From an uncultured Lentisphaerales bacterium (GTDB lineage: Bacteria > Verrucomicrobiota > Lentisphaeria > JABSQK01 > UBA12247): a stretch of 64,000 bases of DNA. Under the pieces are notes generated by a model. It did no database searches, was not told where the DNA came from, and saw nothing but the letters and a program-made list of their open reading frames with translations. Position 1 is the stretch's first letter. Each line of letters opens with the position of its first letter. Below, piece after piece: positions 1 through 11,555 of this stretch. The position numbers and the translations under genes are program-made. The stretch lies in contig CALSSJ010000021.1 in assembly GCA_943788985.1 (NCBI GenBank), positions 1-64,000 on the forward strand. The letters are read 5' to 3'.

Positions 1-796
1 TTTTTACGCGCCGGCTGCTCTGGCTCTGGTGATCGCGTTTCTGATCTGGCTGACCGTTCGCGATACACCGCAGTCTGAAGGCTTGCCGCCGATCGAGGCC
101 CATCACCATGACAGATCAGAGAGCTACAGCGGACACTTTGAAGAGGAGTTCACAGCCAAGGAAATCTTCATGGCCCATGTGCTCAACAACAAGTGGCTGT
201 GGATCATCGCCATCGCCAATATCTTCGTCTACATGGTTCGCTACGGCGTGGGTGACTGGGCACCCGCCTACTTGAAGGAAGTGAAAGGCTTCGACATCAA
301 GAATACCGGCTGGGCATTCATGGCCTACGAATACGGTGCCATCCCCGGTACAATTCTCTGCGGTTGGGTAAGCGACAAGGTCTTTCACGGACGTCGTGGA
401 CCAGCCGGTGTGGTGTTCATGGCGGGCGTTACCCTGGCGCTGCTGGTCTATTGGCTGAACCCGCCGGGCAACCCCGCATTGGACATTGCCGCGCTGACCA
501 CCATCGGCTTCCTTATCTATGGCCCCGTCATGCTGATCGGGCTGCACGCCATCGATCTCGTGCCCAAGAAGGCGGCGGGTACCGCTGGTGGTTTTACCGG
601 CCTGTTTGGCTACTTCCTCGGCACCGCCATTGGCGCCAACATCGGCCTGGGCTGGATCATGGATAACTACGGCTGGGATGGTGCATTCATCGCCTTGTTG
701 ATCAGTTGCGGATTGGCCATCGTCTTCCTGGCCATGACCTGGAATCAGGGCAAAGACTTCCACTACAAAAAGGAGAAAACTGATGCTGCCTCCTAA
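1..796 (+). CDS. glpT: MFS glycerol-3-phosphate/sugar-phosphate antiporter (OPA family), 5' end outside window
   Basis: RDTPQSEGLPPI, YMVRYG..DWAP.YL, GWVSDKVFHGRRGP, IYGPVMLIG and AGTAGGFTGLFGY match the GlpT C-terminal half. Confidence 0.85.
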   Translation, partial: FYAPAALALVIAFLIWLTVRDTPQSEGLPPIEAHHHDRSESYSGHFEEEFTAKEIFMAHVLNNKWLWIIAIANIFVYMVRYGVGDWAPAYLKEVKGFDIKNTGWAFMAYEYGAIPGTILCGWVSDKVFHGRRGPAGVVFMAGVTLALLVYWLNPPGNPALDIAALTTIGFLIYGPVMLIGLHAIDLVPKKAAGTAGGFTGLFGYFLGTAIGANIGLGWIMDNYGWDGAFIALLISCGLAIVFLAMTWNQGKDFHYKKEKTDAAS

Positions 797-1575
797 GCTC
801 ATTGATACTATCGACGCATTCTTCTTCGACATGGACGGCACCATCTACCTGGGCGAGGAGCCGATCCCTGGGGCACGTGCCGCGCTGCGATCCTTGCGCG
901 AGCGGGGGAAGCGCTGCTACTTCGTGACCAACAACACGTCCAAAGCTCGGCATAATTACTTTGACAAGCTGAAGCGAATGGAGATCGAGGTCGAGTTGAG
1001 CGAGATCATCTATCCGATGCACGGAGTCTGCGACTACCTGCGCTCGCAAGCCATTGATCGCATCGCGCTGCTCGGCACGGAGGCCTTGCGTCAGGCCTTG
1101 GTCGATGATGGCTTCACTGTGACCTTCGACAACCCGCAGCTCGTGGTCATCGCCTATGACAATGAGATGACCTATAACAAGCTGGCCAGTTGCATTCGCT
1201 TGATCCATGAGGGGGTTGCTTACATCGCTACGCATCCTGACGTGGTGGTGCCATCGCCCCCATGGTGATTTACCGGACGTCGGGCTGTTTCTGCCGCTGA
1301 TCGAGTCGGCAACGGGTCGCCCAGTCGAGCGCGTGTTCGGCAAGCCGAATGCCGAGATGATTACCGGTGTGATGGCTCGCGATGGGCTACGTGCGGAGCG
1401 CACTGCGATGGTCGGCGACCGGCTCATGACCGACATTGCCTTGGCAGTGGCGGTCAACTGTCATTCCATCCTTGTCCTCACTGGCGTCACGTCAGTAGCG
1501 GATCTTGCCACATCGTCGGTTGTGCCGGACTTCATCCTCGACGGGGTCAAGGATCTTGCTGCCCAGGCATCTTAA
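783..1575 (+). CDS. HAD-IIA (NagD-like) phosphatase, split by a single frameshift near 1258
   Basis: FFFDMDGTIY and FVTNN in ORF 783-1268; GKPN and MVGDRLMTDI, VLTG in ORF 1207-1575; junction at the C-run 1257-1261. Confidence 0.85.
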
Positions 1576-2354
1576 TCCTGCGAAACTGGACGCAGTCGGA
1601 GAGAGGCCGCCCATTGCTGCCGTCCGAGGGGTAAGGCATGGACTTGCCTGCTCATTTCGCGGGGGCATGGCGACACTGGCGGAAGTCGGCAGCGGTGGGT
1701 GGTCTCGAGCGTGTATGGGCCATGGCTGAGCAACTGGGCTAGCGTCTGTTGCCGGGTGACTTGCTCGTGCTGTTGCACAAGGCCGCGAAACTGGGGAGAC
1801 TTAACGGTGGACGCAATGGGACATTTAGCGCAGGCACCAGGGATGCGCGGGGCACGCGTCGATGGCACGGTGGGGAGAAAGATTCAGGGCTGATCAGCCG
1901 GTCCAACTGGATCCTGATCAGGTCGGCGAGAGCGTTGCGCGCAAGCGGCGAGGCATCGCTTTGCAGAGCCTCGTGGTGGTAGGCTGCTCCCCGACGACAC
2001 CTGGGAGTATTTCTGCCTAGACAATGTGCGTTATCGCGGCCGGGATCTGACCATTGGTTGAGACAAAACCGCTGAGACATACGGCAAAGGCCTGGTCGTA
2101 CTCGTTGACTGGCAGCAAATTCCCCATGCAGACACGTTGAAGATGACCACCGGCGTGCTCGCCAGCAGGTAGCTCCAATTGTGGGTGGTAGGTTGACCTA
2201 CTGCTGTAGGACCGCAGCCCGGGAATGGCGAGCGACAGGAAGAAGCGGGCGAGCCGCCCGCGGGCCCAGAGAAGCGAGTCTTACAGCCCGGGAGAGACAG
2301 GAGCACGTTGGCCCCTGCCTAGCGAGTGGCCAAGTTGATTTTGGTTCTGTTTTT

Positions 2355-2498
2355 GGACCAGCGACTCATGACTCGCGACCAGCGGGTTCTTGGACTGCTT
2401 GACGCACTGACTGCTGATTCTTTGGACGCCGCCGCAGAGTTGTCACACAGTCAATGCGTCATCTACCTCGCAAGTCGCTAGTCGTGAGTCGCTGGCCC
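2355..2498. repeat. Imperfect ~32-bp inverted repeat built from heptamer units, arms 2355-2386 and 2466-2498
   Basis: ggaccagcgactcatgactcgcgaccagcggg versus the reverse complement of the right arm, ggccagcgactcacgactagcgacttgcgagg. Confidence 0.75.
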
Positions 2499-2501
2499 CA
2501 G

Positions 2502-2541
2502 AAACACAAAAGGCGCTGAGTCCACGAGGAACTCAACGCCT
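2502..2541 (-). terminator. Probable intrinsic terminator downstream of the autotransporter-repeat gene
   Basis: Hairpin aggcgctgagt/actcaacgcct followed on the minus strand by TTTTGTGTTT. Confidence 0.6.
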
Positions 2542-2561
2542 CTGGAAAGATGGCTAAACGC

Positions 2562-5500
2562 TCAGGGGGCGCCTGGCGAAAAGACGCCGCCGCTGGCGAC
2601 GGTAACGGTGCCGCCGATGGTGCCGGTGCCAGCAAGGGTGCCGCCGCTGGAGGACGTTGACGTCGCCGCTACCAGTTGTGCCAGTGACCGATAGTGTGCC
2701 GGCGCTGACCGTGGTTGTGCCGCTGTTGGTGCTGGTACCACTGAGGGTCTGGGTGCCGCTGCCAACTTTGGTAATACTGGTCGTGTTGTTGGTGCCGTCA
2801 GCAATCTCGCCAGAGAAGGTGCCGTCGTTGCCGGTATTGCCCAAGGTTACCAATGCTGTCCCGCCAGCAGTGCCATAGTTGCCCACGATGATGCCGGCTC
2901 CGTTCAAAACGCCCATCTGAAAGGTGCTCGCCAGGCTGGATTCGTTGGCCCAACCGATTCCGTTGCCTCCCTTGAGTTCCATGGTGCCATTGACTTCGAT
3001 ATCCGCATTCTGAAGCCCCGTGGTGTTGCCGCTGACGCCGATTCCGCTGCCGGAGTACGCGGTGGTACTGGCGATGCCGTTGACAATCAACGTGCCGGCA
3101 AAGGTCGAGTTGTTGTTACGTAGATTCACACCGCTGCCAGCATGGGTGGTGTTGATCGTCACTGTGGCAGTGGTGTCACCTCCCGTGCTCTTGAGCCCGC
3201 TGTCCGGATAGAACCCGCGCCCAGCTGCGGCAGTCGCATTGGAGGTATGATTGATCGTGACGCTTGCGCCAGTATCCACCGTGGTCGCAGCAGATGCCCC
3301 GTTGAAAACGAGCCATTGGTTCGGATTAGTATTCTGCAAGGTCGAGCCATCCTTGAGCAGGATGGTTTTGCCTGCCTGGGAATTTTGCAGATTCGTTGTG
3401 TGCGTCCAGGTAAGGATTGCACCGCTTTCAACCGTGGTCGCAGATTTGTAGTTGCTCGCTCCACTGAGGATTAATTCACCAGAGTTAATGGCGGTCGCAC
3501 CGGTATACTTGATCTGGCCGCCCTGAAGTGTCTGGTTGCCAGCCCCGGTCATATTCACCGTTACGGCCATGGTTCCGCCGCCACCCCAGGCGTTCCACAG
3601 GTAGCCGTTGAATACGTAGGCGCCAGAGCCGACCAGATTCACCGTGCCGGTGCCAGAATTGCTTGGTGTAATGCCGCCGAAGGAGGTGGCGGAGTTTGCA
3701 ATCATCAGGTTATCCTGACTGGTGCTGTCGATGCCTGCCCAGTGACTGGGTTGTGCCATTGAGGGCGAAGGCGGGCAGGCCGCCCTGGGTGCGGTCTCCC
3801 GAGAGCACGGTGTTGGCGCTGCCGAGCTGATTGTCGAGTGTAGGCCAGACGCGCGCGGAATTCGAGGAGTCCGAGTAGATGGCCAAGTTCCCGGGCACTG
3901 CCACGGCGCCCCCGGTCTTACTGAGCGTGAGGCTTCCCCCGTTGATTGTCGTAGTGCCGCTGTGGGTATTGGAAGTCGCACCCGAAAAAATGAGTGTAGC
4001 GAACCCATTCTTGGTGAAGTTTCCGGTCCCCCCCAATGGCACCGCTGATCGTGAGCGTTCGGCGGCCCAAGCTGTTGCCGTTGTCTTCAAAGCGTGGCGA
4101 ACCGGTCAGGGTGATGTCACCGGAGATTGAATGGGTGCTTGTGTTACCGGCACCCCAGTAGTTGCGGAACCGGGCGTTGTCGTCGAAGGCCATGGGGCTG
4201 GTGAAGCTGTGACCGCTGGCCCAGGTCATAATCTCTGCGTTGGTCATGACATGGACGTCATTGGCGGCGTTGGCCAATGCTGCATTGCCAAAGCCCAGCC
4301 ACTGCCCGGTATACACTGTCAGTGTGTCGATGTTGCTGGCACTGCCGGACCAGTTCCACCAGTTTTCGGTGCCGACTTTGATCAGGTTGAAGCCGCCACC
4401 GTTGATCGTGGCAGAGTTGTCGATGCGTCCGCCACCGCCGCCAATCTCCGCATCCGCTGCCAGGGTAATGGTGCTTCCGCCGGCAAATGAGGTACTATTC
4501 GCGGTGCTGTACAGGGCACCACGGCCGCCAGCGCCGTCGCGGCCGGTGCCGCTGATGGTAAAGTTCTCACCGGAGGTCGGGTCAAAGCTGGCGCCGTCTA
4601 GCTCTGCGCCGCTGCTGACCGTGGTCGCGCCAGCGGTCGAGCCGAGGGCAGAATTGTTCCCCAGTTTGAGAACGCCGCCGTCCACCGTGGTGCCGCCAGA
4701 GTAGGTATTGCTGCCGGAGAGGGTGAGCGTGCTGGAGTTGTCCTTTGTCAGCGTGCCCGTGCCACTGATTACGCCACTCATGGTTTGGTCGGCGCTGCTG
4801 TTGTAGACGAAGGCAAAGTTGTTGGCAATGGTGTTGGCGTAACTGCCGCTTTGCAACGTGCCCGAGCCGCCGATCTTGAGTGTCCCGGCACTAATGCTCC
4901 AAGGCGCGGTGTCAGTATTGGTGCCAGTCAGTTCCATCGTACCGGCACCTGCCTTAGTGATCAACCCTTCCCAGTTGGGTCTGATGCTGGATGAAATCAG
5001 CAGATCCGTTCCCGAGCCTGCCACCGTATCTTCTACCGTGACGGTTTCTGCAAAAGCAAAGCCAATCCTATTCGCGTTGATTGTCGCCAGGCCAGTCCCT
5101 GTCACGTTAATGCCATTGTTGTAGAGGAAGCCGCCAAACCCCGAATTTCCGTCTGCTGCGCCCTCCGAGGTCATCGTTCCTCCATTGTTAAAGGTGATGG
5201 CTGCGCTGACGGTGTGTACCAGGTCAGCAGTGGAATTGTCTGAATAGGTTCCGCCATTCTGGATCGTGAGAGCGGTGAGACCGTCCATCGCGTTGTGGCC
5301 GGACGCGGACAGTTTGGCAGTTCCGGTGCCGTCCACGGTAAGGGCGCCGGACAAGATATCGTCTCCCACCAAGTCCAACGTACCGGCATTGACGAGTGTG
5401 CCGGAGCTATAGGTATTGGCGCCCGCCAGCGTTAGCGTGCCCGCACCAGTCTTTGTGGTGAGGGTACTGCCGCCAAAGATGACGCCATTGACGGTAAGGT

Positions 5501-5981
5501 CATGGTTCAACCCGATATTGAAGGTCTCAGCGCTGCCAGCCTTCTGGATATTGCAGTTGATTACATCCGTCAAGCTGCCCGAAGTCACGGTCGACGTTTG
5601 AATGACGGATCCGCCGATGAAGAACTTGGTCGGACCGTTGATCGTGTAGCTGTTCTCGGTGCCCAATGTGTTGTTGAAGTAAAGGCCGTAGACGTAGTTG
5701 TAGGTGCCGCTGCCACGGTCAATCGTCGTATTTGCGGCACCCGACAACGCAGAATCGCGGAAGGTGACATTGCCATTGGGGAAATTTCCCGCGGCAGACC
5801 AGTTAGTACCATCGTAGAAATCCGTGGAGGTATTTCCCGTCCAAGACCGACTACCGTTCTGGCCGAGTGCTGGTGTGACACACAACACCAGCGCGGCGAG
5901 CGCGATGAGCAGGAGACTCCTGGCCGCGCCGACGACCGCCGCGCCACGACCGAGTGCGTCAGAGTGAATAAGTTGGCGCAT
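2562..5981 (-). CDS. Secreted beta-helix protein with autotransporter-associated beta-strand repeats; several frameshifts and apparently C-terminally truncated
   Basis: N-terminal signal peptide; repeated TKxGxGTLTLxGxNTYSGGTxVxxGTL motifs across ORFs 3918-5981, 3710-4090, 2554-4008 and 2562-2804. Confidence 0.85.
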
Positions 5982-6705
5982 GATTGGGCTCCGGCATTTA
6001 AATTGGTGTCACGTGCAACCGCTTTCGACGAGAAGCTAGTTGGCGCGGCAGCGATTGCAACACTTCCCCGCATAAATAATCGATTATTCGCTTGCCCTTC
6101 CTGCCGAACTCACCCGGAGTGCGCCACACGCAGCGCCGGGCATGCCCGAGGCGCTGAAGGCGGAGAAGCAGCCCGCGGTCAAAACGAAATAAAGGCCCGC
6201 GCGGAATTAACGTTGCGTTTTGCTGCAGGCCCTAAGGATGACGCATTCGTCTTTATCAGTGTCGGTCGGTGCCCATTTGCCGCTCCCTGCGGTCACTCCG
6301 GCCGGCAACAAAACAAGCGATAGGGTTTTATTCATGCCCCTCTATTAGCCGCCATTATCCGACCCGCGGGACAATAGGCGCAATTCCGTCGTTTGGATCG
6401 GGAATACCCAGACAGGCAAGCAACTGGCAATGGATCCTCCTTTCGGCGGCCATAGTCAGCCCAAAGCCATGGTGCAAAGGACGCCCCGCCGAGGGTTTTG
6501 GAGCGTGGTTGTTCCCATGAGCCAGTGACGCAACGGAGTTGCGTGGCGCGAAAAATGGAAATAACAAAGGACTATGTAGGACGCACTCTCCCAGGATGTT
6601 ACGATTCTGCACGTCATTGTTTAGGTCTGTGGGTGGCGAAGAGATGTGGAGGTTTGTACTGTGCATGAAATAGCATTCAGTCCGGGAGTTTCCAGAGAGA
6701 TCAAC

Positions 6706-8448
6706 GTGCAAAGAACGAACATCATTCTTGTCCTGACCGACGATCAGGGATACCCGCCTTTGGGCTGCCACGGGCACCCGACTGTGCGGACGCCACACAT
6801 TGACCGGTTCTATGGCGATGCGATCCGTTTCGAGCAGTTCCACTGCGGCACCACGTGCGCGCCGACGCGGGCAGGCTTGCTCACGGGGCATTACTGCAAT
6901 TCCACAGGCGTCTGGCACACCATTGGCGGACGCTCGTTGTTGCGCAAGGATGAATGGACGCTGGCCACGGCGCTGGCTGACGGGGGCTATCGCACCGGTA
7001 TCTTTGGCAAGTGGCACCTGGGCGATGACTACCCGTACCGTCCACAGGACCGGGGATTTCAGACGGCCGTCTGCCATGGCGGCGGTGGCATAGGACAGAT
7101 TCCCGATGCCTGGGGCAATGACTATTTTGATGACGTCTATGAAGTGAACGGCGTCAAGAAGAAGTTCGAGGGCTACTGCACGGATGTGTTTTTCGATGAG
7201 GCAATGCGCTTCATCGAGGAGAGCCAGGACACGCCGTTCTTCTGCTACATTTCGACCAATGCACCCCACGGTCCGCACAATGTCGAGCCGAAATACTACG
7301 AGCCCTACCTAGATACCTGCAAGACCGAAGACTATGCTCGTTTTCTGGGGATGATCACGAATATTGACGATAATTTTGGCAGGCTGCGGGCCAAGCTTCA
7401 GCAGTTGGACATCGAAGACAACACCCTACTCATGTTCATGAGCGATAATGGGCAGAGCGCAGCCGATGGCGGTGCCCCTGTCTACAACAGCAACATGCGC
7501 GGCCAGAAGGGTTCGCAATATGACGGCGGACACCGGATTCCGTTTATTGCCCGTTGGGCGGACGGGAAGTTGGTTGGCGGGAAGGAGATCAGTGAATTGA
7601 CCTCTTATGTCGACTTTATGCCGACCTTGCTGGATATCTGCGGGATCGAGACGCCAGCGGGCCAACCCGAGTTCCACGGGGAATCGCTGATGCCGCTGCT
7701 CAGAAACAAGAAACCGCAGGAGTACTGGGATAGCCGGGTGGTGGTTACCGATACCCAGCGCGTGCCCTACCCGCTCAAGTACCAGAAATCCAGCGTGATG
7801 AAGAACAGGTGGCGACTGGTGGACTGCCAGGAGTTGTACGACATTGGGGCCGATCCGTCGCAGGAGCATGACCTTGCCAGTGAGCACCCGGCGCTGGTGG
7901 CAGAACTGACCGCCGAGTATGAGACGTGGTGGGATGTCTGTGCCAAGCAATTTCACACGGATACGCCGATCAGCGTCGGAAATTTTCCAAGCCGGATCAA
8001 TGGCATGGATCTGCGGAATGAATCGGGCCTGTTCGTCTGCGGTCAGAAAGACGTCAGGGATGGGAAACAGGTGGCTGGCTACTTTTCGGTTTATGCCGAA
8101 GAGACCGGGACCTATGCCTTTGAGCTGTGCCGCTGGCCAGAAGAGGTGGATCTGCCGCTGACAGCCGCCATTCCAGAAGGGGAGGATGTGGAGATTCGGG
8201 AAGAATGCATTCCCGAAAACCGGCGTGATGCCTACCGCAGCAGCAATGAACTGGCGATCGATCTAGCGCAGTTTCAGATCAAGGACGTCTGCATTGAGGG
8301 CAAGGCGGTTCAGCCCACGGACCGGAGCGTCCGCTTCGAGGTGGAACTGGAAGGCGGCAAGCAGTACGAACTGCGGGCATTCTTCTACAACCGCAAGCAG
8401 TCGTTCAACACAATTCCGTATTACATCTACACATCAATGAGCGGGTGA
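6706..8448 (+). CDS. Arylsulfatase (Cys-type formylglycine sulfatase)
   Basis: NIILVLTDDQG, CAPTRAGLLTG, GKWHLG, SDNG, KGSQYDGGHRIP; likely GTG start at 6706. Confidence 0.93.
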   Translation: MQRTNIILVLTDDQGYPPLGCHGHPTVRTPHIDRFYGDAIRFEQFHCGTTCAPTRAGLLTGHYCNSTGVWHTIGGRSLLRKDEWTLATALADGGYRTGIFGKWHLGDDYPYRPQDRGFQTAVCHGGGGIGQIPDAWGNDYFDDVYEVNGVKKKFEGYCTDVFFDEAMRFIEESQDTPFFCYISTNAPHGPHNVEPKYYEPYLDTCKTEDYARFLGMITNIDDNFGRLRAKLQQLDIEDNTLLMFMSDNGQSAADGGAPVYNSNMRGQKGSQYDGGHRIPFIARWADGKLVGGKEISELTSYVDFMPTLLDICGIETPAGQPEFHGESLMPLLRNKKPQEYWDSRVVVTDTQRVPYPLKYQKSSVMKNRWRLVDCQELYDIGADPSQEHDLASEHPALVAELTAEYETWWDVCAKQFHTDTPISVGNFPSRINGMDLRNESGLFVCGQKDVRDGKQVAGYFSVYAEETGTYAFELCRWPEEVDLPLTAAIPEGEDVEIREECIPENRRDAYRSSNELAIDLAQFQIKDVCIEGKAVQPTDRSVRFEVELEGGKQYELRAFFYNRKQSFNTIPYYIYTSMSG

Positions 8449-8451
8449 TTT

Positions 8452-9170
8452 ATGCCGGCTGAATATTTTTTGAGCGTGATTGGCTTGGCCATCCTTGCCG
8501 CAGTGATGCCACAGGTTGCCGTTTCTGCCCCCAATCCAGACGCGCCCAACATCGTTCTGATTCTGGCCGATGACATGGGGATAGACTCCGTGCAAGCCCT
8601 CAATGAGAAGAGCAGCATCCCGCCCCCCCCAATCTCGACAAGCTCAAGCCGGGATCTGTGGTGGCTGATTTCCTGGCAAAACGCCCCGCCAAGACGCCCT
8701 TCTTTTACTGGTTCGGCAGTTTGGATCCGCACCGTCTGTACACCAGCGTCTCAGGGCGCAAGGCTGGCAAGAACCCGACATCTTTACGGGCCAAGAAAAG
8801 CGGGAACGGCCGTTCCTTTTGATTGTGCGTGAACGCCACGCTCACTATGCCCGCCTCGGCTCCCCGGGGCCGGCCTCGGCTACCCCGTCCGTGGCATACG
8901 CTCGGGTGACTTTCTCTACCTTCGGAACTTTGCCCCGGACCGCTGGCACTGTGGCAACCCGAAACTGGGATTTCCGGACAAGGACGACAGCCTGACAAAG
9001 AGAGTGATTGAGAAACTTGGTCCCGGAATTCCCAATTGGAAACATGCCTTCGGCGAGCGCCCGGCGGAAATGCTCCTCGGTGTCAATCGGCCCCTGACTG
9101 TGTCGACAACCTGGCCAAGGATAAAGCGCTCGCCTCCAAGACTTGGAAACGTTCTGTCTTGACTAACGAG
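8452..9170 (+). pseudogene. Sulfatase relic (N-terminal and C-terminal fragments only)
   Basis: Signal peptide plus PNIVLILADDMG at 8452-8640; FGERPAEML..PDCVDNLAKD-like C-terminal sulfatase segment at about 9040-9125; no CxPxR motif seen. Confidence 0.6.
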
Positions 9171-9277
9171 TGTAACTCAGAAAACATAAAATAAAGATTA
9201 CACAGCTACCAAAAACAATTACCGCTTCATTAGCTCTACTGGCACCAGTTGGACTCATAGCGGCCAAGGAGGTTCAA

Positions 9278-10309
9278 ATGCAAGGATCGATCACATTAGA
9301 GCCGCTTCCCCTGGCGGTGAAGGAAAACTACTACGCCAGGAAGCTGTCGCCGCAGCTGCTGGCTGATCCGGGGTATCGGATTTGGGGCGTAAGTGTCATC
9401 CAATGGACGGATGGAAAGTATCACGCTTACTATGCGCGCTGGCCCGAAAAACGAGGATTCCACGGTTGGCTGCGATACTCCGAAATTGCCCATGCGGTCT
9501 CCGACCATCCGGAGGGTCCCTTTGTCACCACTGGAACTGTGATCAAAAACCGTCATAACGATGGCTGGGATGTGGTGAATGCCCACAACCCCAGTGTGTG
9601 CGTCGCGGATGGCAAGATCGCCCTCTACTATATTTCGAACAACTTGAGTGAGGCGGCGAAGGCTGATGGGGAAGCCATGCCGCCCAGCGAGAAATGGCTA
9701 AACCGCAATGGTAAGCTCTTTCGCAATTCCCAGTGCATTGGCGTAACCATTGCCGACCAACCCGAAGGCCCGTTCATCCGCAACCAGGAGCCCGTGGTAC
9801 AGCCAGACAACCGCTTGTTTAAGAGTATCGCGGTGAACCCGGCGGTGCATTACCGGGAAGGCCGCTATACGATGATCATGAAGGGCGATGATGTAAGGCG
9901 CGAGGGCGTGTTCCGCATCCAACTCGTCGGGCATTCCGCACAGCCGAATGGTCCGTTTGTTTTTCAGGAAACACCCATCTACGACCAGTACCAGACCGAA
10001 GACGCCTGTATTTGGTACGACGAGACGAATCAACAATACAACAGCATCGTTCACGTCTTCGGCCCAACCTTGGCCCGACTGATCTCAAGTGATGGGGTGA
10101 ACTGGCGGGAAGCCGAACCATTCACCTTCATGACGAAGGAATTCGTGATGGAGGACGGAAGCATCTGGAAGCCAAGTCGTGTCGAGCGCCCCTTTGTGCT
10201 TACCGATGAGACGGGAAAACCCAAAATTCTCTACCTGGCAATATGGGACGCCGCCCACAAACTGAATGCGAATATTGCCGTCCCGCTCACGGTCAGAGAA
10301 GGAAGGTGA
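9278..10309 (+). CDS. Five-bladed beta-propeller glycoside hydrolase (GH43/GH117-like clan)
   Basis: DGKYHAYYARW, SEIAHAVSDHPEGPF, AHNP, VNPAV, TEDACIW, ERPFVL; AGGAGG RBS. Confidence 0.75.
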   Translation: MQGSITLEPLPLAVKENYYARKLSPQLLADPGYRIWGVSVIQWTDGKYHAYYARWPEKRGFHGWLRYSEIAHAVSDHPEGPFVTTGTVIKNRHNDGWDVVNAHNPSVCVADGKIALYYISNNLSEAAKADGEAMPPSEKWLNRNGKLFRNSQCIGVTIADQPEGPFIRNQEPVVQPDNRLFKSIAVNPAVHYREGRYTMIMKGDDVRREGVFRIQLVGHSAQPNGPFVFQETPIYDQYQTEDACIWYDETNQQYNSIVHVFGPTLARLISSDGVNWREAEPFTFMTKEFVMEDGSIWKPSRVERPFVLTDETGKPKILYLAIWDAAHKLNANIAVPLTVREGR

Positions 10310-11101
10310 TGATGAAAATGAGAACGATGCTGCTTCTGCTGAGCGTGGCTCCCCATTCGCTTTGTGCGGACGAAACACCAGCACCAGCACCCCAAACCGG
10401 TCCGAGGCGCAGGCGAGGTGCTTCGCGATGTCGGCTATAAAACCGTGGCCCAGACAAAGATGCTTATGGATATCTACTATCCGGCAGAGCACAAGCATGA
10501 CCGTGCGCCTGTGTTTTACTACACGCATGGTGGTGGCTGGTATGTCGGCAGCAAAGAGCTGGATGACACCCAGCAAAAGATCTTCAGTGGGCTCCTGCAA
10601 CACGGCGTGGTCTGCGTTAGCATCAACTACCGCCTCGTCTCCGCGTCGATGCCGGAACATCCGGTGTAGATGCGAGACTGTGTCAGCGACTCCAAGGACG
10701 GCCTGCGTTTTCTGAAGAAGCACGAAGAGACCTACGGACTTTCTGGGGCCCCAGACTTGGCAGAGCACCGGGGGACACCCATCGGCTGTGTTTCCTAGAG
10801 CCGCCCGACAGATTTTACGATTTGTGATCTGTTTGTGCCGGCGGGTTTCAAGCCCCACCTGCAACCGAAACGCTTTACCAGCCGGATCAAGACGGGAGAA
10901 CCTAAGATCGGGTATCAGGAAGCCATCCCGGAGTTGAAGCGGATGATGCGTGAGGTCAGCCCGGTCTACTACCTCACTCAGGAAGGTTCGCCTGAGCCAC
11001 AAGTTCACGGCAATAAGGATGGTACCATTCTCCAGAAGCATGCCGTCCATTTGCGGAAAAAGCCAAAACAGTCGGCGCTTCCGTTAAGGCGCTTACCGTG
11101 A
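10309..11101 (+). pseudogene. Alpha/beta hydrolase (HGGGW esterase family) pseudogene
   Basis: MDIYYP, YTHGGGW, SINYRL; in-frame TAG at 10667; no GxSxG region seen; SPVYYL..VHGNKD fragment at 10835-11101. Confidence 0.75.
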
Positions 11102-11289
11102 GGGGTATAGGCCATGGATTTGACCCTCACCACATACTAACAATCGGGAGAGACTCGTCGAATTCACTGTTGATTTTGCGCTCAAACAGCTGGCCCTGAA
11201 CGCGAAGAAGGCGAAGCAGTAAATGAAGAACGAAATCAAGACTGCCAGCCTGCTGTTGTTTTGGCAGAACGTCCTGCCCTTTGGGGCCG

Positions 11290-11513
11290 CCCGAGCAACT
11301 TGCCCCGGTGCGTCCCTACCCGCCAAATCCGTACGCGCCATCGACCAGACCGTCGACGAACCATTTGAAGCCGACGGGTACCTCTGACAAGTTACTTCCC
11401 AAGTCGGCAGCCACCGCCAGATAATGGCTGGGCTTCAGCAACCCCGTCGAAAGGGCCACAATCCTGTGGCGGTCGTAATCAGGAGGCGTTGCCCAAGCCC
11501 CAATTCGCCGCAA
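11290..11513 (-). pseudogene. pgm: Internal fragment of phosphoglucomutase
   Basis: [18 protein letters not shown] and [24 protein letters not shown] match the E. coli-type Pgm metal-binding and sugar-binding region. Confidence 0.75.
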
Positions 11514-11555
11514 GATCCATCCTCCTTGCGAGCACAGGGCCTTATCCGCAGACTG

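Noticed and set aside
1576..2340. Short overlapping ORFs as genes or a transposase remnant
   Set aside because: No recognisable motifs, RBS or terminal repeats.
5982..6705. Riboswitch or ncRNA in the long divergent intergenic region
   Set aside because: Only short hairpins were seen and no recognisable aptamer consensus; an Rfam scan would be needed.
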